Shown one piece after another: positions 17,745-27,238 of a stretch of 64,000 bases of DNA (position 1 is its first letter; each line of letters starts with the position of its first letter). The position numbers were made by a program, and so were the translations under genes. The stretch is from Patescibacteria group bacterium (GTDB taxonomy: Bacteria > Patescibacteriota > WWE3 > UBA101185 > UBA10185). The stretch is from NCBI GenBank assembly GCA_018825365.1, contig JAHJEV010000003.1, forward strand, positions 174,619-238,618, in the 5' to 3' direction. Below the pieces are notes generated by a model. The model had not been told where the DNA came from. It was given only the letters and a program-made list of their open reading frames with translations, and did no database searches.

Positions 17745-19025
17745 ATGAAGCCTTTTGTCTACACCAGCAAGTCTAAAAAGAGACTCATTACAGCACTTGT
17801 CTTGATTGATTCTGTACTAGTTGCTTTGTGTTTTGTTTTTTATACAAAGACACAAAACAATGATGCCGGCTTAACAGGATCCGTACTGGCAGCGGTGGAT
17901 ATTTCAATGAGTGCTGTTGAAACTATCTCAGCCTCAAGCGAACCCGCAACATCAACAACAATTAAGTCAACTTCAACGCCCACTCCCAGCCCCATACCCC
18001 AGCCTGTACAAACTCCCATTGTGTTAGGAGTTTCCGATGCCACTGGTGAAGTTTTCTTTGGCCGTGGAACACCAAACAATAAAATCGGAATGTATGTACA
18101 TAACAATGCCGATGATATTAAAGCTGCCGCAAAATTAATCAACAGCAATGGAGGTGATTGGGGTTACATACTTTTAACAATTGATATAAATGACCGAAAC
18201 AAATCCAGTTGGAAGGATTTGTTTAATGCAGCATCTAGTAGTCATTTAATTCCCATTGTGCAGATTTTTAATAATAATAACTGCAACCCCGACAAGCTTG
18301 ATTTTAAAGGATTAGCAAGTACATTAAACAGCGTAAAGTGGCCAAATAAGCATCGGTACATAAGTGTTTTTAATGAGATGAATTCTAAGGATTATTGGTG
18401 CGAAAAAATAGCACCTGATGAATACGCGAAGGCATTAAATAACGCTATCAAAGCCTTTAAAGACAAAAGCAGCGATTTTTTTATTATGCCGGGCGCTTTT
18501 AACAGCAGTGCGAGAACTCAAGACAGATACATGAGTGAAGAAACCTATCTAGTTAAGATGAACGAAGCTGTACCAGGGATTTTCAAAAAAATAGATGGGT
18601 GGGCAACACATTCCTATCCCCAGCCAAACTTTAGCGGAGATATTAATAACTTACCCGGAGGTTACGGAACACGCGATACTATTAATAATTACGAGTGGGA
18701 AATGCAAATACTTAGAAATTATTTTGGTGTTGGCTCTTTGCCTATATTTATTACAGAAACAGGATGGTTACATAGGGAAGGCCAAAGTGGTTGTGTGCAA
18801 TATTCACAAAGTAACTTATTATCTGCGGATGTTGTTTCCAGCAGATATAAAATCGCCTATCTTAATTACTGGCTAAAAAATCCTCAGATAGTAGCTATTA
18901 CCCCTTTTATATTCAGAAGTAAAGATCCGTGTGCGGAGGGGTTTGCATGGCAAAAAAAAGATGGCGGCTGGTATCCCCAGGCAAACATGCTTTTGAATAT
19001 TGCCAAAACAGCAGGTACTCCCTAG
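17745..19025 (+). CDS. Membrane-anchored clan GH-A-like glycoside hydrolase
   Basis: TM anchor, S/T/P-rich linker, FNE acid/base and ITETGW nucleophile motifs, HSYP. Confidence 0.75.
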   Translation: MKPFVYTSKSKKRLITALVLIDSVLVALCFVFYTKTQNNDAGLTGSVLAAVDISMSAVETISASSEPATSTTIKSTSTPTPSPIPQPVQTPIVLGVSDATGEVFFGRGTPNNKIGMYVHNNADDIKAAAKLINSNGGDWGYILLTIDINDRNKSSWKDLFNAASSSHLIPIVQIFNNNNCNPDKLDFKGLASTLNSVKWPNKHRYISVFNEMNSKDYWCEKIAPDEYAKALNNAIKAFKDKSSDFFIMPGAFNSSARTQDRYMSEETYLVKMNEAVPGIFKKIDGWATHSYPQPNFSGDINNLPGGYGTRDTINNYEWEMQILRNYFGVGSLPIFITETGWLHREGQSGCVQYSQSNLLSADVVSSRYKIAYLNYWLKNPQIVAITPFIFRSKDPCAEGFAWQKKDGGWYPQANMLLNIAKTAGTP

Positions 19026-19138
19026 GTAGTACTTTTACACATATCCTGCTATTCACTAAAAAATTGATGCATCTAAACTTTTCCAAGAATAATAACTATA
19101 TTTTGTTATAATCTAATACGCTAATCACTTTGTTTATT

Positions 19139-19213
19139 GCCAGAGTAGCTCAATGGTAGAGCAAGCGCATCGTAAGCGTTAGGTTGAGGGTTCGATTCCC
19201 TCCTCTGGCTCCA
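19139..19213 (+). tRNA. tRNA-Thr (CGT)
   Basis: GCCAGAG/CTCTGGC acceptor, anticodon loop AT CGT AA, TTCGATT T loop, CCA. Confidence 0.9.
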
Positions 19214-19241
19214 AAATTCCTCTGATTTATTATTTTCTAAT

Positions 19242-19270
19242 TTGACAACCTACCTACTATAAGTTACAAT
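19242..19270 (+). promoter_or_regulatory. Near-consensus sigma70 promoter
   Basis: TTGACA-N17-TACAAT. Confidence 0.75.
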
Positions 19271-19300
19271 TAGTCATTCTCTAAAATAAAAGGAGACAAA

Positions 19301-19477
19301 ATGAAAAAGCTTCTTGGCTTTGCGGCTCTTTTAGTTATTGGCCTTTTGGGGATTGTATTTATTGACCACCAATCAGCCACTCAACCCGACGGCGCGTACG
19401 GAGTTTGTTTGGCAGCTATCTGGGGAGCGGGGTTCGTTATTGCATCTTTCTACTGGTTATTCAAGAACAATAAATGA
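19301..19477 (+). CDS. Small 58-aa two-TM membrane protein (below ORF-track cutoff)
   Basis: MKKLLGFAALLVIGLLGIVFIDHQSATQPDGAYGVCLAAIWGAGFVIASFYWLFKNNK; AAGGAG SD, promoter and terminator all present. Confidence 0.75.
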   Translation: MKKLLGFAALLVIGLLGIVFIDHQSATQPDGAYGVCLAAIWGAGFVIASFYWLFKNNK

Positions 19478-19495
19478 AACTCACAAGTGATCTTT

Positions 19496-19545
19496 GGCAA
19501 CTAAGTAAATCGTGATTATATGAAATACTTAGTTGCCCTTTTTTT
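19496..19545 (+). terminator. Rho-independent terminator
   Basis: GGCAACTAAGTA...TACTTAGTTGCC followed by a T run. Confidence 0.75.
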
Positions 19546-19650
19546 GTTCCCTTTTCAAACTACTGATAAAATAACCGTGATATTTTTATTAGAAACGAAT
19601 TTAACTAAATCTCTTTTTATTTAGTACGTCTGTTGTGATATCATTTCGTC

Positions 19651-20385
19651 ATGAACACGAGCAAAATGTCATTACTTCCTCACCAGAAACTATCTGAAAA
19701 AGATTTAAGAATAAGGCTTAGACTGATTTCCTGGGCAATACTTGGAATTATCATATTTTCAATATCTTCTCTTTTCTTATTTCCCACCCAAGTTGGTTCT
19801 TTCTTTGGTTTTTTTTCAAAGCACAGAAACGAAAAACCTTACCAGCCAACAGCTAAACCATCAACCCCGGTATTTGAAAATGCACCGGAATCCGTAAAGG
19901 ACACAAAAGTAACCTTAAACGGAAGGGCAACACCCGGAACAACGGTAAAACTTTTTGTTAACGGACCGGAAAGGGCAACAACAACGACCGGATCGGACGG
20001 CATTTTTACATTTGTGGATGTGCCTCTTATACTGGGAAAGAATCTGCTATTTGCCAAGTCCTCGGATAACAGGGGTGTGGGAAGCGATACATCAGAATTT
20101 TTGAGTATTACAGTTGATAAGGATTTGCCGAAAGTTGAAATTACAAACCTGAAAGACGGTGCCACCGTTAAAAACTTGAATAAAAGAATTGAGGTTATCG
20201 GAACTGTAAATGAAAAGGCAAATATAACTATAAATGACAAGTATGTGATACAAAAATCGGATTTTTCCTTTGATTACTGGCTCGGAGTAGAAGAAGGGAG
20301 TGTTAAAATTAAAGTCATAGCCACGGATCCCGCAGGAAACAAAACGGAAAAGGAAATAGCGGTCACGTACTCAAAAAGCAACTAA
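19651..20385 (+). CDS. Membrane-anchored Ig-like domain protein
   Basis: TM helix followed by two beta-rich Ig-like modules (G.N.L.AKS.D..G; ATDPAGN). Confidence 0.7.
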   Translation: MNTSKMSLLPHQKLSEKDLRIRLRLISWAILGIIIFSISSLFLFPTQVGSFFGFFSKHRNEKPYQPTAKPSTPVFENAPESVKDTKVTLNGRATPGTTVKLFVNGPERATTTTGSDGIFTFVDVPLILGKNLLFAKSSDNRGVGSDTSEFLSITVDKDLPKVEITNLKDGATVKNLNKRIEVIGTVNEKANITINDKYVIQKSDFSFDYWLGVEEGSVKIKVIATDPAGNKTEKEIAVTYSKSN

Positions 20386-21543
20386 TATTGCAAATAATGC
20401 AAAAAGAATCTGCGGGTAAAAGAGAGAGTTTATAAACAAAGACTCAACCAAAAGTCCCAGCATAACTGAAAAGACTACTAATTCTTTAATATTTCTTTTT
20501 CTGAAACCCCCAACTAAACAATACGTATACGAACTTAGATAAAAAACAAAGCCAAGTATTCCAGTGGTTGCAAAAACAAAAAGAAGACTCGAATCAGAAC
20601 CAGCCCCAGAACGTATATTTTCACTATCAGGGGTCAAAAACCCGTATTGTTTTTGCACATACCTATAAGTATTAAATCCGGTCCCAACCCAAAAATTATC
20701 TTTTATTATCTTATAGGCGTTTTTCCACGATGCGATTCTTAAGCTTGCTGAATCAGCCGGATCTGTAATACCGGAGATTCTGGTTTGAATTCTGGGAACA
20801 GCGAAGTAGACCATAAAAGACATCAAAAAAGCCGTAATTAGGAGCATTTTTGACCTAAAAATGCCATAAATTAGAATAACTACAGCAAACATTGCCCACG
20901 CACTCCTTGAAAATGTCAAAAAGAGAGCTAAAAGGATAATTGCGAAAGCTGCTATATCAAATCTCCCTATTTTTTTGTCGCCGAAAATCCTATCGATGAT
21001 AATGGTCAAACATATAGTTAAATACGCCCCCACAAAATTCGGATCAAAAAAAGTAGATGCCAAACGGTTTTTGTGAGGATCCCAGCCAAGATTTGGACTT
21101 AACTTTGTAAAATCCGGTATAACAAGAAGTTGGATAAATCCAATTAGCGAAACTAAAACTCCTGAAACAATTAAGGCATTAAGTATTTTTCCTTTACTGA
21201 TCATCTTTTTATCAAGCATATTAAAAATTACAACGGAAGATACTAAATAAGCCGCCCACCTGACAAGGTAAAATCCAGAAACCACAAACTGTTCAATTGA
21301 AAATTTGTTGAATGAAAAAACTAATGAAGCCAAAGCGGATACAGTAAAAATCAAAAACATGATTGAAAACTTCGGAAGCTTAAATGACTTTCTTACGAGT
21401 AAAAAATAGAAAGATCCATACCAAGCAAGGAAAATTACAGCAAAATCAAAAAGGTAAAAATTAGACTCGCCACTTTTGTACACGGAAGTTAGTTGATTAA
21501 GACTTAATAAGAAAAGGGTTATATAAAAGGTTGTGTTAAGCAT
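20371..21543 (-). CDS. O-antigen ligase/polymerase family protein
   Basis: RLASTFFDPN, TFSRSAW, GTGF; polytopic membrane protein. Confidence 0.8.
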   Translation of the reverse strand: MLNTTFYITLFLLSLNQLTSVYKSGESNFYLFDFAVIFLAWYGSFYFLLVRKSFKLPKFSIMFLIFTVSALASLVFSFNKFSIEQFVVSGFYLVRWAAYLVSSVVIFNMLDKKMISKGKILNALIVSGVLVSLIGFIQLLVIPDFTKLSPNLGWDPHKNRLASTFFDPNFVGAYLTICLTIIIDRIFGDKKIGRFDIAAFAIILLALFLTFSRSAWAMFAVVILIYGIFRSKMLLITAFLMSFMVYFAVPRIQTRISGITDPADSASLRIASWKNAYKIIKDNFWVGTGFNTYRYVQKQYGFLTPDSENIRSGAGSDSSLLFVFATTGILGFVFYLSSYTYCLVGGFRKRNIKELVVFSVMLGLLVESLFINSLFYPQILFALFAILVAF

Positions 21544-22810
21544 ATTTTTCTTTCCAGAATTTGTAGGCAGTTAAACTTAAGAAAACTAAAATAAAAAACT
21601 CAGTGAGTATTGTCGTTGTAGCGGTAGCATAAAAAGAATATTTTGGAATATAAATTAAATTCGTGACAAAATTAAAAACCGCACTCGCAAAATAAATCAA
21701 CGGGAGTTTGCCTTGTTTATCAAGTATAACTATAAGCCAAGACAATGGTTGGGTTAAGTAAAATATAAAAAGTCCCAAAGACAAAATCCTCAAAACCAAC
21801 ACTGACTGTGAAAAAGCCTCCCCGCCCAGTATCTTTGTCGCAAAAGGTGCAAAAAGAATCCCCAGCAACCCAACTATCAACCCCGAGGAAAGAAGGACAA
21901 TCAGAATATTTGAGAATGTCTTTTTGAGTCTGTCTTGCCCTTCGGTCATATGCCTGACAAGAATGGGGTACGTTGCATTCATAAAAAATGTGGGTATTAC
22001 AAGAAACACCTCAAAAATCTTGTAAGCTAAAGCGTAAATAGCAACACTTTCCGTATTGTTCAGACCATATTTATCCGGAACCTTCATTGCCGACATCATT
22101 AAGGTGTCTTGTTTGAAACTTACTTGGGAAAAACAAAACATTATTCCAAGCGGAAGTGCCGAAATTAAAAGATACCTCCATAAAGTAGGGTCGAATGTAA
22201 AGTCCGGTTTTACACCCAATCTTCCAACTAAAAGAAGGCTTAGTATAAAGGTGATCAACCCTCCAATCACATAAGAAAAATTAACCCAAGTTACATCTAC
22301 TTTTAAATGCGAGAACAAAAGTACTAGCGCCAAAATTACCAAATAACCAAAGGTGTAAGCAATTGTTGAAAAATCGTATCTTAGTTTAACCTGGAAAAAG
22401 ATATTGGTTGTTGTGTACAAAGCCTGAGTCAGCAGAATAAAAAGGCCAAGTCTTATACCAAGTTTTAATCCATCGGAATATGGGAAAAAATGAACACCAA
22501 AGGACATTATAGCTATGAGAAGGATAGAAAATAAAAGTCTTATAATTAAAATATTTCCTAAATACCTATTAGCTTTTGACCAATCCCTGGAAAGTTCTCT
22601 TGCAGCAATAGCGTTAATCCCAAAATCGACGATAATAAAAAAAAGCGCCGGCCAGGACTGCATTAAACTAAACGCCCCGTACCCCTCTCTTCCATAAGAG
22701 CGGGTGATGATAACCACGGCCAACATAGTTATGCACATGCTGATAACTTTTCCAACAATCTGATAAACGGTGTTTTTAGCTATTTTGTTTGCTGTTTCTG
22801 ATTTGAACAT
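21536..22810 (-). CDS. Polysaccharide flippase (Wzx family)
   Basis: IAKNT..QIVGK, G.YG.FS, DFGI, many TM helices. Confidence 0.85.
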   Translation of the reverse strand: MFKSETANKIAKNTVYQIVGKVISMCITMLAVVIITRSYGREGYGAFSLMQSWPALFFIIVDFGINAIAARELSRDWSKANRYLGNILIIRLLFSILLIAIMSFGVHFFPYSDGLKLGIRLGLFILLTQALYTTTNIFFQVKLRYDFSTIAYTFGYLVILALVLLFSHLKVDVTWVNFSYVIGGLITFILSLLLVGRLGVKPDFTFDPTLWRYLLISALPLGIMFCFSQVSFKQDTLMMSAMKVPDKYGLNNTESVAIYALAYKIFEVFLVIPTFFMNATYPILVRHMTEGQDRLKKTFSNILIVLLSSGLIVGLLGILFAPFATKILGGEAFSQSVLVLRILSLGLFIFYLTQPLSWLIVILDKQGKLPLIYFASAVFNFVTNLIYIPKYSFYATATTTILTEFFILVFLSLTAYKFWKEKYA

Positions 22811-24018
22811 TAAAACTCACAGTTGGGCGTTGTTACTCCGCCGGTTTCAAGTTTTGGAGGTTCTCCGGCAACCTTGTTCATCAATTTTATAACATCATAG
22901 TGTAAATACGGCACAAAATCTTTATTCACCCATGAAAAATGATCGTACGGAGTATCATAAATCACGGTAAACGGCATCACTGCCCTCACCCGGTCGTTTT
23001 TTAACCACACCTCGTTGAAAGCAGTTTTAAAATACTCCGCTACGGTTTTATCAGGCAAGTACGATGAGTTGTAGCTCTCTCCCTCAGCATGTGCCCACCC
23101 TGTTTCAGTTATAAAAACCGGAAGGTCTTTTTTTACATGCAAAACACTCTTCAGATATTCAAGTTCATCTTCATACGCACGTATGCTCATCCTTCCCGTA
23201 TCTAGCGGATTTCCTGCAAAATTAGGCTGGGGGTATGGATGAGAGGCCCACGCATCAAGCTTATCGAATATTCCCGGAACCTCTTCATTCATTTGTTTCA
23301 TAAATTCAAAGGCATCCATATGGTCCGTCGTATTTAAGGCGCTTATATTAAAAGCCCCATTCATAATATAAAAGTCCTCATTATTTTCTTTAAAAGTCTT
23401 GATGGTGTAATCCAAAATCTTGGCATACTGCGAAGCATTCGCCTTCCCATACCAAAAATTATTGTCGTTTTGTTCATTGTAAACACTTATGTATCTATAT
23501 CTGATTGGCCATAAGAAAGTGTTTAAAAATTTGGCCGCATTTTTAGTTTCTTTCTTATAATTATCTACATCCACATTCCAAAGTTGTATCACCGGAATAA
23601 GATGCTTTCCTATTAACTGATTAAAAACCCTTCCCCATTTCCCATAATCATAATCACGAACATTGTAGGGAATTAAAACGTAACCCCAATCACCGCCATT
23701 TGAGTTGACTAACCTGTCTGCAATTGAAAAAAATTCTTTTTCTTCCGCGTAAACATAAAGTCCAAACTTATTGTTTACCTTCCACAAGGGATCGCTTCCT
23801 GTGTAATAAGAATATTTAATCTGATCTGAGACAGAACAAGTGGATTGGGGTACATCGGTGTTACCAAAAATAAAGTTTAGGGGTGTGTTTTTCAAATCCC
23901 TTTCCTTATCGGTGAATTTAAGATAATAAAATAAACCAGCTGCTGTAAGAGTAAGCACTAAAGAAATAATAGAAATTATAAGTATTTTCTTCCTTTTAGT
24001 CCTAAACGAAGGCTCCAT
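22810..24018 (-). CDS. Membrane-anchored clan GH-A-like glycoside hydrolase (paralog of 17745-19025)
   Basis: Shares NSNGGDWGY, RYISV(F/Y)NE, H.YPQPNF and ITETGW with the earlier gene. Confidence 0.75.
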   Translation of the reverse strand: MEPSFRTKRKKILIISIISLVLTLTAAGLFYYLKFTDKERDLKNTPLNFIFGNTDVPQSTCSVSDQIKYSYYTGSDPLWKVNNKFGLYVYAEEKEFFSIADRLVNSNGGDWGYVLIPYNVRDYDYGKWGRVFNQLIGKHLIPVIQLWNVDVDNYKKETKNAAKFLNTFLWPIRYRYISVYNEQNDNNFWYGKANASQYAKILDYTIKTFKENNEDFYIMNGAFNISALNTTDHMDAFEFMKQMNEEVPGIFDKLDAWASHPYPQPNFAGNPLDTGRMSIRAYEDELEYLKSVLHVKKDLPVFITETGWAHAEGESYNSSYLPDKTVAEYFKTAFNEVWLKNDRVRAVMPFTVIYDTPYDHFSWVNKDFVPYLHYDVIKLMNKVAGEPPKLETGGVTTPNCEF

Positions 24019-24082
24019 TAGAATATTCTAACATCTTTAGGGAGTGGGATAGACCTCAAATATCCTGTACAATGAGGTCCAA

Positions 24083-25306
24083 GTGAAACCAGAGGTGAAA
24101 CTTACACTATTTATATTTTTAATCAGTATAGTACTTGGATGTGCTGTGGTTATATCAAGAGCGAAAAATACATCTGGAAACATTTTATCTCCCTTTGCAA
24201 AAGGATCCTCATTGTTTTCACTTTTCGGAAGACATGAAAAACCAAAGAAAATAATTTACGGGTACTTCCCTTATTGGAATTTTGAAAAAATTAAATACCT
24301 AAGGCTTGATGAACTGACACATCTTGCCTACTTTGGGATTTACTTGGAAGAGAACGGTAATTTTGAAAAAACAGCCATTGGAGAAGACGGGAGTATTGTC
24401 TTTGAACCCGGATACAAAAACTGGAAAGAAAGTAAAGAACTTGGAAGCCTAATTGAAAAATGTAAACAGGAAGGAGTGAGGGTTGCTTTAACCGTTATTG
24501 CACACACGGATGAAAAAATAGACAATTTCTTAGATTGTAAGGAGTGTTGGAATACCTTGCTAAATAACTTGGTAATGGAGTTAAACGTAAGGGGGATAAA
24601 AGACGTAAATCTTAATTTTGAGTATGCGGGAGAAACCGATCCTAAAAGAGCTGTAGAATTTTCAGAACTTACAAAATTTGTTAATGAGCAACTTGATTCA
24701 ATCTATGGCGATTCTTTTGTCGTTGCATCAGCCTTTGCTGATTCCGCGCAGGCGCAAAGAGTAAGTTCAGATCTTGATAATTTGGGAAGAAACGCGGATG
24801 GAATTTTTATCATGGGGTATGATTTTCACAGACCCCAGTCAGATGAAATAGGTCCGGTGGCTCCAATATCCGGAAACAAGCAAAATATTACATCTATTCT
24901 TAATGATTTTCTTACAAAGGTTCCGCCAAATAAAATAATTTTAGGAGTTCCGTATTATGGCTATAACTGGGTGGTAAAAAGTGATGATCCAAATGCCAAA
25001 ACACTCAAGGACGCAGATGACAACCCACGTGCTCAATCCCAACCATACGAAAGCGTTATGGATACGATACTTGATACAGATCCGGAAGTTAAGTGGAACG
25101 AGGAAGGAAAATCCCCATATTTCACGTACACCAGCCCCGAAACAGGAGAGCTAAGAACGGTTTACTTTGAAAATAAAGATTCTTTGAGAGCAAAATATCA
25201 GCTTGTTAAAGACGCAAATCTTGCGGGGGTTGGTATATGGGCACTGGGGTACGATGGTGGGTACAACGAACTTTGGGATCTTTTATACGACGAGTTTATC
25301 CGATAA
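24083..25306 (+). CDS. GH18 family glycoside hydrolase
   Basis: GYFPYW, DVNLNFEY (degenerate DxxDxDxE), IMGYDF, LGVPYYG, GVGIWALGYD. Confidence 0.85.
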   Translation: MKPEVKLTLFIFLISIVLGCAVVISRAKNTSGNILSPFAKGSSLFSLFGRHEKPKKIIYGYFPYWNFEKIKYLRLDELTHLAYFGIYLEENGNFEKTAIGEDGSIVFEPGYKNWKESKELGSLIEKCKQEGVRVALTVIAHTDEKIDNFLDCKECWNTLLNNLVMELNVRGIKDVNLNFEYAGETDPKRAVEFSELTKFVNEQLDSIYGDSFVVASAFADSAQAQRVSSDLDNLGRNADGIFIMGYDFHRPQSDEIGPVAPISGNKQNITSILNDFLTKVPPNKIILGVPYYGYNWVVKSDDPNAKTLKDADDNPRAQSQPYESVMDTILDTDPEVKWNEEGKSPYFTYTSPETGELRTVYFENKDSLRAKYQLVKDANLAGVGIWALGYDGGYNELWDLLYDEFIR

Positions 25307-25757
25307 ACCTAAATCCGATTAAAAACAACACCACCCACAAAAAAGCTGAGTAATAATACCTGAGCGGCAACGGACCCCACCAATCTTTATGCCATAAAAC
25401 ATGTTTTTTATTGAATTTTTTAATTCCAAAGTGTGGATTCAAAACAAACCAGAAAAAATCCTCTAAATTCGTAGTCAGCATATACGCTGAAAGAAGAATA
25501 AGCTCTGTATGAAAATCCCAGCGCATAAAAAGAAACGGAACGTGTAAAAGAAGTAAAACAGAAATAAAAAAGTATATGTGGTAACCTGAAAAATCCCCCT
25601 GTAAACCTGGGAGCAAATCAACTAGCTTAATTCGAAATCTCCAAGTAGGGAGTTTCTCTGCCCAGCCGTACCTACCCTCTATCTGTATTTCAAGAAGAGC
25701 CAAAAGTGTGGCGATAACAAAGCAAAAAACAAAATATTTTATGAGCAGTTCATTCAT
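25296..25757 (-). CDS. Hypothetical membrane protein
   Basis: Real start ATG 25757 (MNELLIKY), since the ORF-track N-terminus overlaps tRNA-Val; EIQIEG..GWA..LPTW, EDFFWFVLNP. Confidence 0.75.
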   Translation of the reverse strand: MNELLIKYFVFCFVIATLLALLEIQIEGRYGWAEKLPTWRFRIKLVDLLPGLQGDFSGYHIYFFISVLLLLHVPFLFMRWDFHTELILLSAYMLTTNLEDFFWFVLNPHFGIKKFNKKHVLWHKDWWGPLPLRYYYSAFLWVVLFLIGFRFIG

Positions 25758-25762
25758 CTTTT

Positions 25763-25838
25763 TGGTGGGTCCATCTGGGATCGAACCAGAGGCCTTTCGG
25801 ATGTGACCCGAGCGCTCTACCAACTGAGCTATGGACCC
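25763..25838 (-). tRNA. tRNA-Val (CAC)
   Basis: GGGTCCA/TGGACCC acceptor, D arm GCTC/GAGC, anticodon CAC, TTCGATC T loop, ACCA end; one mismatch in the anticodon stem. Confidence 0.88.
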
Positions 25839-25893
25839 CAAGTGCTTTTATTTTACTACACTTGTTTACTTTACTCATGTAAAATAAATTAAC

Positions 25894-26454
25894 TTGGTAA
25901 AAACACTTCACGCAATTTTTAAGATCTTTCTGGATTTTATAGAAATCATTTTCATATGTACTTCGGTATTTCTTGTTGTTTACCTATTTATCGGGCAGCT
26001 TCTGGAAGTTACGGGGGACTCAATGTCCCCGAACTTTCACGATAAAGAACAAATGTTAGCTGAAAAGCTTTCAACAAAATTCATCGAGTTAAAAAGAGGT
26101 GAGATCGTAGTTTTTAAACACCCGCTGGAACAAGATAGATTATTAATAAAAAGGGTAGTAGGTCTGCCGGGAGAAACAATAAGAATATCAAACGGTTTTG
26201 TTTACATAAATGATAAAGTCCTTAATGAACCATACCTTGCTCCAGGTACCAAAACCCAGCAAGAGCAAGCATTTCAGGAGGGTTTAGAGTATAAGATACC
26301 GGACGGTTCTTATGTTGTTTTGGGGGACAACCGTGCAAAAAGCACCGATTCAAGAGAGTGGGGGTTTTTATCTAAGGATTTAATAGTCGGAAGGGCCGTA
26401 TTAGTCTACTACCCGATAAATAAAATAAGGTTGGTTGAAAGTAAAATCTTTTAA
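25894..26454 (+). CDS. lepB: Signal peptidase I
   Basis: [27 protein letters not shown]. Confidence 0.95.
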   Translation: MVKTLHAIFKIFLDFIEIIFICTSVFLVVYLFIGQLLEVTGDSMSPNFHDKEQMLAEKLSTKFIELKRGEIVVFKHPLEQDRLLIKRVVGLPGETIRISNGFVYINDKVLNEPYLAPGTKTQQEQAFQEGLEYKIPDGSYVVLGDNRAKSTDSREWGFLSKDLIVGRAVLVYYPINKIRLVESKIF

Positions 26455-26738
26455 GGATTATTTGGAAGATTTTTTAGTGCCTCAAAAGGAACTACATGGA
26501 CCTTTTTTCTCTTGTTCGTTGCCCACTTAAACTCAACCGTACCTTGTGATGTTGCAAAAAGAGTGAAGTCTTTTCCCATCTTCACATTTTTCCCGGCAAT
26601 GATCTGTCTTCCTCTTTGTCTCATAATAATTTGACCTGGTTTTGCCGGCTGACCGCCATATGTTTTGACTCCCAGTCTTTTACCGGATACGTTTCCTTTT
26701 TGAGTTGCTTTAGCCCCACCACCTTTTTTATGTGCCAT
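26451..26738 (-). CDS. rpmA: 50S ribosomal protein L27
   Basis: [26 protein letters not shown]. Confidence 0.95.
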   Translation of the reverse strand: MAHKKGGGAKATQKGNVSGKRLGVKTYGGQPAKPGQIIMRQRGRQIIAGKNVKMGKDFTLFATSQGTVEFKWATNKRKKVHVVPFEALKNLPNNP

Positions 26739-27166
26739 TACTTAGTCTCCTTTTTCTTAACTGTCTTTTTGACGGGTTTTTTTGCCGCTGGTTTCTTAAC
26801 CGGTTTTTCAGTTTTTTCTACTTTTTTAGCTTCGGCTTTAGCGGCCCTCTCAGCTTTTTCTGTACCAATTGAAATTTTTTCAATCTTTATAATACTCATT
26901 GGTTGTCGGTGCCCTTTCACTTTTTCGTAACCTGACTTTTTCTTGAATCTAGCAACCCTTACCTTTTTTCCAAGTTTCTCTTCAAGAACAACTGCCTTTA
27001 CGGAAACTTCCTTTAGTTCAGGCTCTCCTACAAGCCTTTTACTGCCATCACGATACATTAAAACTGATATTTTAAGCGGAATTTTTTGCCTTTCCAACTC
27101 AATAACATCGCCCTCTTGGACCAAAAACTGTTTTGAAGCAAATTTTATCACTGCATATTTTTCCAT
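26738..27166 (-). CDS. rplU: 50S ribosomal protein L21 with Lys/Ala-rich tail
   Basis: YAVIK...KQFLV.EGD, KGHRQP; adjacent to rpmA. Confidence 0.93.
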   Translation of the reverse strand: MEKYAVIKFASKQFLVQEGDVIELERQKIPLKISVLMYRDGSKRLVGEPELKEVSVKAVVLEEKLGKKVRVARFKKKSGYEKVKGHRQPMSIIKIEKISIGTEKAERAAKAEAKKVEKTEKPVKKPAAKKPVKKTVKKKETK

Positions 27167-27238
27167 ATCTACCTTACGCAAACTTAACAGAAGGATACTA
27201 CACTAAACTTAAAAATTCGGCAATACTGCCAGCTCAAA

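Noticed and set aside
25758-25841. N-terminal extension of ORF 25296-25841
   Set aside because: It is the translation of tRNA-Val; the real start is 25757.
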